A DNA stretch of 48,791 nucleotides from Octopus bimaculoides (GCF_001194135.2 NC_068981.1:156841986-156890776), one strand, 5' to 3'; counted from the stretch's first letter, positions 11,577-22,846 are shown. A program made the numbers and translations. The notes: generated by a model not told the origin, from the letters alone.

Positions 11577-13570
11577 GTAAGCATAAATACTCATCGATAA
11601 CAATTAACAAATATTTCTTATTTGAGACAAAGATAACCGGTCCGTAAAATCAGTTGCTATGCGGAATAATAATGTGATTTTAATTTTTGATAAATGTGGC
11701 CCTTAGAAACAATACGTTTTATGCTGACCATCGCACGTGGAAAAGTTTAGAGTTCGAAAAAATGCATCAACTTTGCATCGCAAGAGTGGCAGCAAGGTTT
11801 GTGCAAGAGCTTCAGACAAAGTTAAACAGTCTGTATTTTAAGGTGCATGAAGTCTCATAAGCTGTCAGTTTACATATCTAATCTTCCAAGTTGTAATTTA
11901 TGTTCTATAGTAGCGATTGCAACGATTTATAAATCTGGGTTACTAGATTGAACATGTGGTTTATGTCTGTTTTCCAGTGTATATGTTTGGGTTTTAAAAT
12001 GTACACGTTTGACGTAGGTACATCGTAGAGAAGAGGATGACAAAAGTGAAGTGTATCTTAAAAGGAATAATTGATTATTATTCTCTGATATATACAAATA
12101 TCTATTCTTTTTCATTCTTCAAAAGATGTTCTGAACCTCTACCGATTCAGAGAGAAAACATTTAAAATATCTTTGATAACGAAAATTTCAATATATATTT
12201 ATGTTTGGTCAAATAATTTCTGGTGTATATGTGGCAGCAATTTTTGGTAAATGACATACCTGGTCATTGTAATTGCAAAGTGTGGTTGATGTTATGTTGA
12301 TGGTGTTAGTGGTACTATGATAGCAGCGACGGTAACCCTTGTTGGCCTAATATATGCTCCGCTTTTGAAAGCTTGGTAGTAACTATCAAATGATTTTTAA
12401 AGTGGCTGTTAGAAGAATGAGTCAGGGATGACGGAGTCAAGAAAAGTTGAGCTGGTGTTTTTCACTGGTCATAATACAAAACATTTCAAAATAATACAGA
12501 TACCTTGAAAGGTGAGGTTACTATGAAATACGGTGTAATCTTTGTAAAACGAAAACAAAACTAAAATCTCTACAAATATTGAATTCACTTTATAACAGGT
12601 AACATTCAGTGACAAAAATATTTACAACTCATTCATAATTGGAATTTCTTAACTCGTATACAAATTAAATCAATGTAAGAAATAACGAGTCAGCTGAAAG
12701 AAGGGTTTATTTAGCTCAATAAAAATTCTACTAACTTCTACTGAAAGAACTGTCAGATGTAGCAGTTTACAAATTATTTTATAACAGCTGCATTGCTTCG
12801 TTGTGATTCAACTATTTTATTATTATTTTATATTTATTTTATTATTATTTAATTATTACAAATTTCCGTTCAAGGGTCTGATGGGTGGTATTCTATAATA
12901 TAAACTTGCACAAACTCGGTATACAGTAGTAGTAAAGTGTCTAGAAATGAATCCAGGAAACGGGATGTAACCTTCGGAATGTACTTTTCAATGAAAAAAT
13001 ACTTTATATATAAATTGATAGTTTTCGGTTACAGCTTAAACAATTAAACAAGAGGGGGCCGAACGTAGACAAATGCAAATTAACAAACAGTTTTAATATA
13101 CGATGCTTGTATACTCGTCGATACTTAGCCGGGTTGGTTTTTGTTTTTTACTGATGAATGAGGTACAGTTTTAAATCATTCTAATTAAATAAGATTCTCC
13201 GTTGTAGATATAGATATTGTATTTCTGTGTATTTGATTCTTCGCGGAAACCCAGAAAATACTACTTGTGTACTTCACGTTTCTGAAGAGAAAATCACGTT
13301 TTCTTGATACTGTTTTGTTAAATTTAAGTCTGAATTCCCAGTGGAAATTTAGAAAAAATATTAAATCCTAGAATGTACTGAGAGTGATATTTGTTAAATT
13401 TTAGTTTACCTATGAAGAATAGGATGTAAGTATTGTCATGTTGTTAAAAGTTCTCTAAACAATCATGTGGTTTCGGGATCGGTACCTTGGCAGGTGTTTT
13501 CTATTATAGCCTTGTGTTGAACAAAGCCTTGCGAGTGAAATTAAGCAGACAGAAATTAACAGCACGTTTC

Positions 13571-13615
<45 letters not shown>

Positions 13616-14081
13616 ATGCGAGTATGCGTGTATGTGTGCGCGTGCGTTGATGTTGGTACGCGAAAGAACAATGAAAGATGTTGGTACGTGAAAGAACAAT
13701 GACGCATTATATTCCATTCACTCGTCTACAAACCAGAAACTAGACACATGCTATGTGGCAGTGATTTCAATAACAACTACGTTTTTATTTTCAACAGCTA
13801 ACACTTAACTGACGTGTATAAAACTAAAGAAAATCTTGATGGAAAATGTATAAACATAACTTCAATTTCCCCTACCTTTATTATAGCCAACGTCCCTTCT
13901 AATTTTTGCTGTGGATATATGCAAAATTTTTCTTGTATGCAAATTTGTCTTTCTTTGCAAAGTAACTGTGCATCCAAGTCGATAATCATCTTCAGTTTTA
14001 AAAAACTTATTTCATCTGGAAAACATTGTGTGTACACATTTTTACCTTTATCCCCCCCCCACACTTCTTTCTCTCTCTTCT

Positions 14082-14116
<35 letters not shown>

Positions 14117-14571
14117 TTTTCATGCTTTTTGGGGTGGTGGGGGAGGCTTATAAAAATAGGTTAGCCTAGCATCGGACTCTAAGGTGTTCGTTCCCCACTA
14201 GGAAACCTATCTTAAGTCGTCTCCAAAGAACTATTTCTCACCAACTTGATTTGTCATTCACTGTTTTCTTTTTCTGGAGCCGGCAGTATTCAATAAAGAA
14301 TCGATAAATAAACGTTTGTTTTGACATTGCATACATTGCAAATTTATATGCAATTTGAATATTTTTTCTATAATTTTCGTTTTTTCAGAAGAGCTGCATA
14401 CATAACTCATTCAGTGCTGCTGTAATGAGTGAGGGGAATAGAGAAGTTATCTTCAAATCAAATACTTACAAATGAGCGTACTTCGATGAAGGCACGCAAG
14501 GGTTGACTGATTTGGCTTAACTGTTCAACGGCTTAAGTCAACCACCCAAGAACATAAAGAGCTTTTCCGCG

Positions 14572-14712
14572 CTGTTTCCGCATACCAGTTTCAACCACGC
14601 GGCTTTGATCGACCCCCTAGGTTATGGTAGAAGACGTTTTGCCCGGGGTAATGCACAGTGGAATCGAACTACCTTGTTGCAAAGCTAGCTTCTTAACCAG
14701 ACAATCATTCGG
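14572..14712 (-). mobile_element. Degenerate SINE family B head (CORE-like)
   Basis: Reverse complement resembles GGTTAAGAAGC..CACTG..GGCAA..GTCTTCTAC of family B. Confidence 0.55.
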
Positions 14713-14767
14713 AAAATTAAAGTTATATTTAAATATTTCAGTTTAGCTCAGAAGCAAAACCAGAATA

Positions 14768-14995
14768 TTTTATTGCCCACAAGGGTCTAAACATAGAGGG
14801 GACAAACAAGGACAGACAAAGGGATTAAGTCGATTACATCGACCCCAGTGCGTAACTGGTACTTAATTTATCGACCCCAAAAGGATGAAAGGTAAAGTCG
14901 ACCTCGGCGGAATTTGAACTCAGAACGTAACGGCAGACGAAATACCGCTAAGTATTTCGCCCGGCGTGCTAACGTTTCTGCCAGCTCGCCGCCTT
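14768..14995 (-). mobile_element. Well-preserved SINE family A
   Basis: Minus strand AAGGCGGCGAGCTGGCAGAAACGTTAG..GAGTTCAAATTCCGCCGAGGTCGAC..GGGGTCGATAAATTAAGTACCAG..tail. Confidence 0.9.
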
Positions 14996-16180
14996 AAAAC
15001 CAGGATCTTTATTATAGAAAACACATTGCTTTTATTTTAAATGTTATTCATCGCCACTTGTCAGATAGTCAAAATAAGAGAACAAAATGCTAATTTGCTG
15101 CTGTAAGAATGTAAGCTAAAAATGATCAAATATCCTTTCTACTATAGNNNNNNNNNNNNNNNNNNNNNNNNNNNNNNNNNNNNNNNNNNNNNNNNNNNNN
15201 NNNNNNNNNNNNNNNNNNNNNNNNNNNNNNNNNNNNNNNNNNNNNNNNNNNNNNNNNNNNNNNCTTATAAAGAAACTAGTTTACAGCATCGTGATTCAAA
15301 TATCTGGAATGTATTCGCCGCCAATATCATCTATGTTCTAAAGTAGCAAAGTAGAAATAAGTGTATGCGCACTTTTTAGGTTTTATCTGTCACGTTCTGT
15401 AATTAAAAAAAAAATAATGTTAGAACCACTTTCTTTCGTTCTTGGAATGGAAAAAGACATAAAACGGTAACCTAAGTATAAGAACTCAGTTTCTGCTGTT
15501 TCAAAATAAAAGCGAAAACATAAGAATCTTTTGAAGAAATCTGGTGTTTGCAATAAGGCAAGAATGAACACATGTCTAACCACTGAGCAAATATTATTGT
15601 TGTTTTTCTTATTCTTTTTTTCGCTTTTTTTCCTTCTTTTTTATTTTTTTTGCTTTGTTTATTTTGCAATCATTCGTTGGTTCAGAGACATCAAATGTGT
15701 TTCCGGTTTATGAAATGTTAACTCGGCTCTTGAAGAAAGCAAAATAAACAGTGAAATAAGTCCAAATGAACCTGGAAGGTCTGCTGATGGAAATATTACT
15801 GAAAGTTATGAATGACCTTGATTGTTTTTCCTCAATCATTAGATAAAAAGAAACCTTCGAAATGCACAGCCAAAGAAGGAGATAATGAACTACAATGTGA
15901 CATTCATCTCCCATCTCATTTGAATTAGTGAAGCGAAATGGTTACATTAATCAGAATTTATTTTTGTCACAGCACAAGCTAACTCTGAAATGAATGTTAG
16001 TAACAACACAGTGCTAGGCATTTTGCGGTATATGGTTACGTCCCTTTATGTACTAAGTTCAACTCTAGTTGGGATTAACGCGTGTGTGTGTTTGTGTTTT
16101 ACTTTAATCCATTAAGCTTGTTGTTGTTTAGTTTCGAGATTTCTGCATCGAGAAATAGATCGCCTATAATAGGGCTGATT

Positions 16181-16852
16181 TTCAAATTTTGACACGAGGC
16201 CAGCAATTTCTGGGGAAGTGAGTAGTCAACCTCGGCGGAATTTGAACTCGGAACATAAAGACGGACGAAATGCCGCAAAGCATTTGCCCGACGTGCTAAC
16301 AATTCTGCCAACTCGCCTCCCTAGAGTTTATAAGCAGTAGTTTCAAATTTTGGCACAAGGCCAGCAATTTCGGGATTGGTGTAAGTCGATTACATTGATC
16401 CCAGTGCTCATCTGATAGTTATTTTATCGACCTCGAAAAAATGAACGGCAAAGTCGACCTTGGCGGAATTTGAACTTAGGACGTAAAGACGTAAAGACGT
16501 AAAGTCTATAGATATTAAATTCCATTTATAATAATTTTTCACTCAATGTATTATGTTTTACAGAACGTAAGGACGTACGAAATGTTTGGAAGCATTTTGC
16601 CCGGCGTGCAAACGATTCTGCCAGCTCACCGAATTAAAGTTTATAAACAGTGGTTTCAAATTTTGGAACATGGCCAGCAATTTCGGGGATGTGACAAGTT
16701 AATAACATCGATCCCAGTGCTTAATTTATCGACCCTGAAAGGATGAACGGCAAAGTCGACATCGGCGGAATTTGAACACAGGATTTAAAGACGTAAAGTC
16801 TGTAGATATTAAATTTCATTTGTAATAATTTTTCACTCAATATATTATGTTT
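16181..16852 (-). mobile_element. Three tandem, rearranged SINE family A copies
   Basis: Repeated TTTCAAATTTTGG..GGCCAGCAATTTC and GTCGAC..GGCGGAATTTGAAC; copies 2 and 3 offset by 302 bp. Confidence 0.85.
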
Positions 16853-16990
16853 TTCACTCAATTTATATTTTACGTGATATTTTACATGATTGAAAAAAAG
16901 TATATAAAACTAATATCACTCTAGGGATATTTATTTTAAAGAAATTTAATCACACGATTCTCACCCTCTTCTTCTTCTTCTTCTTCTTCT

Positions 16991-17038
<48 letters not shown>

Positions 17039-17148
17039 TTTCTCGCTCTAATATATACACACTATCTTTCGTTTACCCTCTGCTTCACCGGAAATTTTAC
17101 TCCTATGATCTATGATCTGCACTGTCTTCTTTATATTCCAACCAAAAG

Positions 17149-17484
17149 CGAAGACGCATGGCTCAGTGGTTAGAGCGTCGAGCTTACGATCGTGAGGTTG
17201 TGAGTTCGATTCCAGGACCGGGCTGTGTGTTGTGTTCTTGAGCAAGACACTTTATTTCACGTTGCTCCAGTTTACTCAGCTCTAGAAATGAGTTGCAACA
17301 TCACTGGTGCCAAGCTGTATCAGCCTTTGCCTTTCTCTTTGATAACATCAGTGGTGTGGAGAGGAGAGGCTGGTATGCATAGGTGACTGCTGGTCTTCCA
17401 TAAACAACCTTGCCCAGACTTGTGCCTCGGAAGGTAACTTTCTAGGTGCAATCCTAAAGTCATTCATGACCGAATGGGGTCTCC
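17149..17484 (+). mobile_element. Complete tRNA-derived CORE-type SINE, family C, with 12 bp TSD; other copies 36528-36839(-), 37630-37920(-)
   Basis: A-box TGGCTCAGTGG (17159-17169), B-box GAGTTCGATTCC (17202-17213), CORE-like CTTGAGCAAGACACTTTA..CTCCAGTT; TSD TCCAACCAAAAG at 17137-17148 and 17485-17496. Confidence 0.9.
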
Positions 17485-17513
17485 TCCAACCAAAAGATAT
17501 ACAAGCGTTTTTT

Positions 17514-18480
17514 AACCTTTAAGGCCTAGTCAAGAACTGATTTTCTATTCTTTTTTTTTCTGTAACTCAATCAGAAAGAAGAGACATTACTCATAACTTC
17601 TACGGATTACTCAGGTAGATGGAATTGATATAGTTAATGTTCAATTTGAAAAATCTGTAAATTCACGCCAGCGAGGAAAACATGATAGAAAATGTGCTGG
17701 AAATAGTTGTTAAAAATCAGGAATGCATTGCCAGGGAGTTGAAGTTCTAGTGAGAAGAAGGGTTGGGTGAGTGATTAATGCACGGTCTTGTAGGGGACAC
17801 AGAACAAGCGGTGATAGAATGAGAGACGGGTGTGTTTATGTGTCTAGATGAAAGTGGTATGCCTCAAGCTAATTCAGAAGAGACCGCTATAGCTGCAACA
17901 GAATGAGCAGAGTGAAGAAACTGCATTTGTTAGCGATAAGTTGTAGTGTGTTGAGTGATTCTCTACCAAATCAGTCGGATAATGACAATCGTTTTGATAC
18001 CGTCTTGGATGGTTGTGTCAGTAGCAGCAGCAATAAAAAAGAAAGTTGGTTCTGAAGGTAAAGTTTTTGCTATTGCGAAAGTGACATCACTAACGAAGAG
18101 CATCAAAGATTATGAGACCAGACATTTTTTTTAAAACCGATTTTAAGGGCTTTAACAGCGTTTTACGAAGAACAGAGCGGGTGAGGTGCATGATTGTTCC
18201 TTTGATATAATGCGTTTTTTGTGCTGTTGAATGAGAGCTAATTGTTATGTCCGCTATTGGAGAATTCTTTCGAGGTTTATGCTTGTGGGGCAGCGCAGAT
18301 TTGACGTGAGATGTCTAAGTTGTTTTGGCTTAACATCTGTATGCACAATATTATTAGGAGTTATAGACAGTAAGGCCACAAAAATGAAGGGTTTCGGAAA
18401 CGAATTAGATAACTGTCCAATCGCTCTTTGTATTAGAATTAGAAGTTACTTCTCATTTAAATCATACGGTCTGAAGAAGA
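17514..18480 (+). mobile_element. Possible very degenerate piggyBac-like relic
   Basis: TTAACCTTTAAGG start resembles a TTAA+CCC terminus; acidic/Ser-rich remnants then MRFL..RYW..MSK.F..CMH loosely like piggyBac EMxxFLG..YW..MSRxRF..LH. Spacing imperfect. Confidence 0.3.
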
Positions 18481-18695
18481 CTTAGAAATATTAAGCAATA
18501 ACAACGAGGATAACAACAACAACAGCATAGTAATTACACTTGCTGACTCAATGCTTTTGCATGTTGGTTTTGGGTGTGTTGCTTTTATTTAATCTCAAAT
18601 CAGTCTGGATCTAACAGGCATATTATCAAAGATATTCCTTCTATATGTGACTATCGAGTCTTTTCTTTTCCAGGAATAATATACCCAAAACTATA

Positions 18696-18885
18696 CAAGA
18701 TGCGTTCAAAAATTTTCCGACTTCATTTTTTCCTGTCAAAACTAAAGCCGCGTGGGGAAAATCCTTTGGTTGGGAGATGACGCCACCCTTCCTGCGCAAA
18801 CGTGAAAATGTTTGTACCGGTAGGCCGTGTCAGATCCCAGCTGTTACGCATAGGGTGCAGACAAATACTTTTTGAACTCACCTCG
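18696..18885. mobile_element. 190 bp mariner-type MITE
   Basis: TIRs CAAGATGCGTTCAAAAA / reverse complement CGAGGTGAGTTCAAAAA (14/17 identical), flanked by TA at 18694-95 and 18886-87. Confidence 0.8.
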
Positions 18886-19607
18886 TATTATCCAATGCGT
18901 CTTTTTTTAAGATGCTAGGTTGTCATTTCAGATTTGCTTCACTGCTATTTTTAGTAGAGCTTGCAACCACATAGAGGCTCCTTCATTAGCACATTTGGCT
19001 TATTGTTGTTGCTGATCTTGTTGTTTAGCAGTATATCGGCCCTTACTCAGGAGACAATTCATCAACAATGTTGCGAAAAAAAGCCCCTTCTCTCGGCACT
19101 TTTCTTCAAGTAAATAAATTGTAATTTAAGGGAGATATGGCTGCTATTTCAAATAGATAAAGCAACTTCGATATCTGGTGGGTGGACGTATGTGCATTGT
19201 GCATCTGTTTGTGTGTCTTTTATATGTTTATATTTGTATGTGTGTTTGTAAGTGCGTATGCGTGTTTTCATTCTATTTTTAATGTTCAGGTAGTTGTGAT
19301 GACCTAATATAAATTATCACCTTCTACAAGAAGTCATTCAGAACAAAACATCAAGCTAACTTTGTTGTGAGCAATTTTTTTTTTTTTTGATTTTTAACTA
19401 TATTATAATAAATATAGAGAAATGTTGTTGTAAAAGTAACAAGCGAAATTTCTCTTTCAAATAGTTACTACTATCGGAAATGTGAAGAATTTTTGTTATT
19501 CTTCAACTTCCTGCTTCACTACGTGCGGAGGATGCTTGATGTTTGAACCTAAAATACTTGTTTACTTATTCGGTATATCGTGCTTATCTCGTTCCGTCAC
19601 ATCTGTT

Positions 19608-19716
19608 ATATATATACATATATATATATATATACATACATACATACATACATACATACACACATACATACATACATACATACATATCTAAATATATACA
19701 CACACACATACATATA

Positions 19717-19809
<93 letters not shown>

Positions 19810-19895
19810 TTATATACTCATGCATATATACGTATATATGTGTATATGTATGCGTGGATGTATGTATGTATGTAGGCATGCGTATATGCATGTAT
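19608..19895. repeat. Compound (TACA)n-(TA)n-(TATG)n microsatellite
   Basis: Direct reading. Confidence 0.95.
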
Positions 19896-19927
19896 AAGCT
19901 CTCTCCTTAGCTTGTAGTTGCTAAAGT

Positions 19928-19974
19928 TCTGTTGGTAGAAAAGACCTGAAATTCAGGTCTTTTCTACCAACAGA
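19928..19974. repeat. Perfect palindrome, 23 bp arms, 1 nt spacer
   Basis: TCTGTTGGTAGAAAAGACCTGAA-A-TTCAGGTCTTTTCTACCAACAGA. Confidence 0.95.
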
Positions 19975-20059
19975 TTCCACAGCAGGTGAATAAAATATAA
20001 ATGAGTGAAAAAAGATGTACAGGTGTCAATTCCTTATGGCTGTTTCAAACGACTCCTTT

Positions 20060-20136
20060 AATTGATTAATGAAAACATCATTGCAAATGATTAATGAAAA
20101 CATCATTGCAATTGATTAATGAAAACATCATTGCAA
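20060..20136. repeat. 3 x 25 bp tandem repeat
   Basis: Unit AA(T/A)TGATTAATGAAAACATCATTGC. Confidence 0.95.
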
Positions 20137-20253
20137 AAACCCGTTTTCCTCAGATGACTGCATAAACTTCAAACAACACAAAGGACCGACCAACTGCTTT
20201 AACCCATTACCTCTCATAATTCTATTAACTGGAATTTTTTTAATGAAACTTTG

Positions 20254-20611
20254 ATGTGTTATACGTGCAGTTTTTTTCCCCCTTTTTTTTGTTGTAAACA
20301 ATATATGAGCATGTTATTAAGAATTAACCTACACTCATCCAGATGTAGCTAAATAATATATTGATTACCAACTTCCATCCTGTTGTTAATTTGGGGTCCT
20401 AGTCTGTGTAAGCTTTACTCATACACAGACTAAGACCCCAAATTGACAACAGGATGGAAGTTGGTAATCAATATATTATTTAGCTACATCTGGATGTGTG
20501 TCAGTTAATTCTTAATAACATGCTCATATATTGTTTACAACAAAAATATAAATAAATTAATTAATAAAATTAAATTAAATTAAGAAAAAAAAAGCTGCAC
20601 GTATAACACAT
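20254..20611. repeat. Long foldback: 125 bp inner arms (96%) plus 17 bp outer arms
   Basis: 20286-20410 vs 20422-20546, 5 mismatches, 11 nt loop; ATGTGTTATACGTGCAG (20254-20270) vs exact reverse complement 20595-20611. Confidence 0.95.
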
Positions 20612-20775
20612 AACTTAGAAGCAGCGCCACAGATGTACCAACACAACACACACGAGATTGAAACAGCCGACCTCACGCACTTCTCATGAGGAATTCCAGA
20701 AGAAGCTTCGTGAGACCACTACTGAGACGCTTCCGAAAAAAGGAAAACTGTTGGAAAACAGTTTATAGCAGAGAC

Positions 20776-20826
20776 TCCAGCAAATAAGATCTGAGGAAGG
20801 AATTCTAATTCCGAAATATCATCGGA
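20776..20826 (+). ncRNA. Candidate minimal type I hammerhead ribozyme (Penelope-like-element type)
   Basis: CTGAGGA core (20791-97), extra A, stem II GGAAT/ATTCC with 4 nt loop, GAAA (20813-16), palindromic ATAT in place of stem III, AUC cleavage triplet, stem I GAT/ATC plus TCC/GGA across a 9 nt bulge. Confidence 0.55.
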
Positions 20827-20943
20827 CTATAGATAACCAAGTTACAACAGGTATATAGTCCATTTTTTGTTCTATAGTGCATTGTTATACCTTTCTAAAC
20901 TTTTTATTCTTTACAAATATATATATATTGAGGCAACCCTATC

Positions 20944-20947
<4 letters not shown>

Positions 20948-20982
<35 letters not shown>

Positions 20983-21699
20983 NNNNNNNNNNNNNNNNNN
21001 NNNNNNNNNNNNNNNNNNNNNNNNNNNNNNNNNNNNNNNNNNNNNNNNNNNNNNNNNNNNNNNNNNNNNNNNNNNNNNNNNNNNNNNNNNNNNNNNNNNN
21101 NNNNNNNNNNNNNNNNNNNNNNNNNNNNNNNNNNNNNNNNNNNNNNNNNNNNNNNNNNNNNNNNNNNNNNNNNNNNNNNNNNNNNNNNNNNNNNNNNNNN
21201 NNNNNNNNNNNNNNNNNNNNNNNNNNNNNNNNNNNNNNNNNNNNNNNNNNNNNNNNNNNNNNNNNNNNNNNNNNNNNNNNNNNNNNNNNNNNNNNNNNNN
21301 NNNNNNNNNNNNNNNNNNNNNNNNNNNNNNNNNNNNNNNNNNNNNNNNNNNNNNNNNNNNNNNNNNNNNNNNNNNNNNNNNNNNNNNNNNNNNNNNNNNN
21401 NNNNNNNNNNNNNNNNNNNNNNNNNNNNNNNNNNNNNNNNNNNNNNNNNNNNNNNNNNNNNNNNNNNNNNNNNNNNNNNNNNNNNNNNNNNNNNNNNNNN
21501 NNNNNNNNNNNNNNNNNNNNNNNNNNNNNNNNNNNNNNNNNNNNNNNNNNNNNNNNNNNNNNNNNNNNNNNNNNNNNNNNNNNNNNNNNNNNNNNNNNNN
21601 NNNNNNNNNNNNNNNNNNNNNNNNNNNNNNNNNNNNNNNNNNNNNNNNNNNNNNNNNNNNNNNNNNNNNNNNNNNNNNNNNNNNNNNNNNNNNNNNNNN

Positions 21700-21760
<61 letters not shown>
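20948..21760. repeat. (CA)n - gap (20983-21699) - (TG)n
   Basis: Direct reading. Confidence 0.9.
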
Positions 21761-21766
<6 letters not shown>

Positions 21767-21865
21767 TGTATCATGTTGAACCGCAAATCCCTACATATTT
21801 TTCTCTCAAATTTTTTCCTCTCAACCCTTTCTCTGTGTGTTAGATATTAAAATAACAAAGGTAAC

Positions 21866-22846
21866 CTGTGTTGGACAAAATAATGGAAACACCCCTTCAT
21901 ATTTAACTACTTTTTTCTGTGGGCTATGCGATAATTGAAACTTGATATAGCCATCTGATTTTCTTCTTTTCTTTGCAGATATTGATACTTTGATAAGTTA
22001 AAATGCGTGACCCATCTGATTTCCAACAAAAAGGAGAAACTGTTTGAGCGCGGGTGACCGGAGCTTCAATCACTAAAACTGCTGAATTGTTAAACGCTTC
22101 GAGAGGTTCAATCTCCAAATTTTAGCATTCCAAAACCGAGGCAAATCCAGCTCTAGTAATCAATTTCTGAACGGAAGGTAAAGTTCACGGAGATGCACCA
22201 CAAAAGCAGTGAAGCGTATCGTGCCAAAAAAAACATAGCACTTCGGCTACAAAACTAACAGCAAATCTAAACAAACCACCTTACCAACTTTGTGTCAAGG
22301 AAAACAATTCATCATGAGCTCGATGATGCTAGATATAATGGAAAGGTTGCAATTGCTAAACCTTTCCTACCGTCCATCAACAATGATAAGTGGAAAAATT
22401 TGGTATATTGACTCTCAGAAGTGATCAATGGTTCAATGGAATAATGTCATTTTCTGATGAATCCTCATTCGCCCTTTTTTCCACTCCAGAGTGAGTTTAT
22501 GCCTGGAGACATCCCAATGAACGTTCGGCACTTACTTTGAAATGGCTATACATGCCTTACCTTGGGCATCCATACATAGTTTCTTGATGGTAGTGCTATC
22601 TTCCAGGACGACAATGCGCTGATTCACACAGCTAATGTTATTCAAAATTGGTACGAAGAATACACAAGTAAAAAGGGAACTTCTTCCCTCTGCTATCTTT
22701 GCTGAAAGAGCTAAAGCAGGTTTTACTTGAAGAATGACTCATGATTCTTTCTAACAACCGATGATCGATGCCAAAAGTGGAGCAACTGTGTATTAACAAA
22801 ACTTCCTTTTAGTAAGGTGTTTCCGTTATTTTGTCCAACCCTTCTA
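21866..22846 (+). mobile_element. Tc1-like transposon relic with both TIRs, internally deleted
   Basis: TIR GTTGGACAAAATAATGGAAACACC (21870-93) vs 22816-39, 1 mismatch; remnants ARVTGASITKTAELLNASRGSISK, VSRKTIHHEL, FSDESSF, IFQDDNALIHTA, IDAKSGATVY*. Confidence 0.9.

Noticed and set aside
17149-17225. tRNA gene
   Set aside because: A/B boxes are present but there is no closing acceptor stem, and it continues into a SINE body; the same applies to the other SINE heads.
17574-17613. Exon-like segment with TCAG acceptor and CAG|GTAGAT donor
   Set aside because: Lies in the terminal region of a probable DNA-transposon relic; weak donor; no homology recognised.
20060-20136. CRISPR-like array
   Set aside because: Units are contiguous with no spacers, context is eukaryotic, and there are no cas genes.
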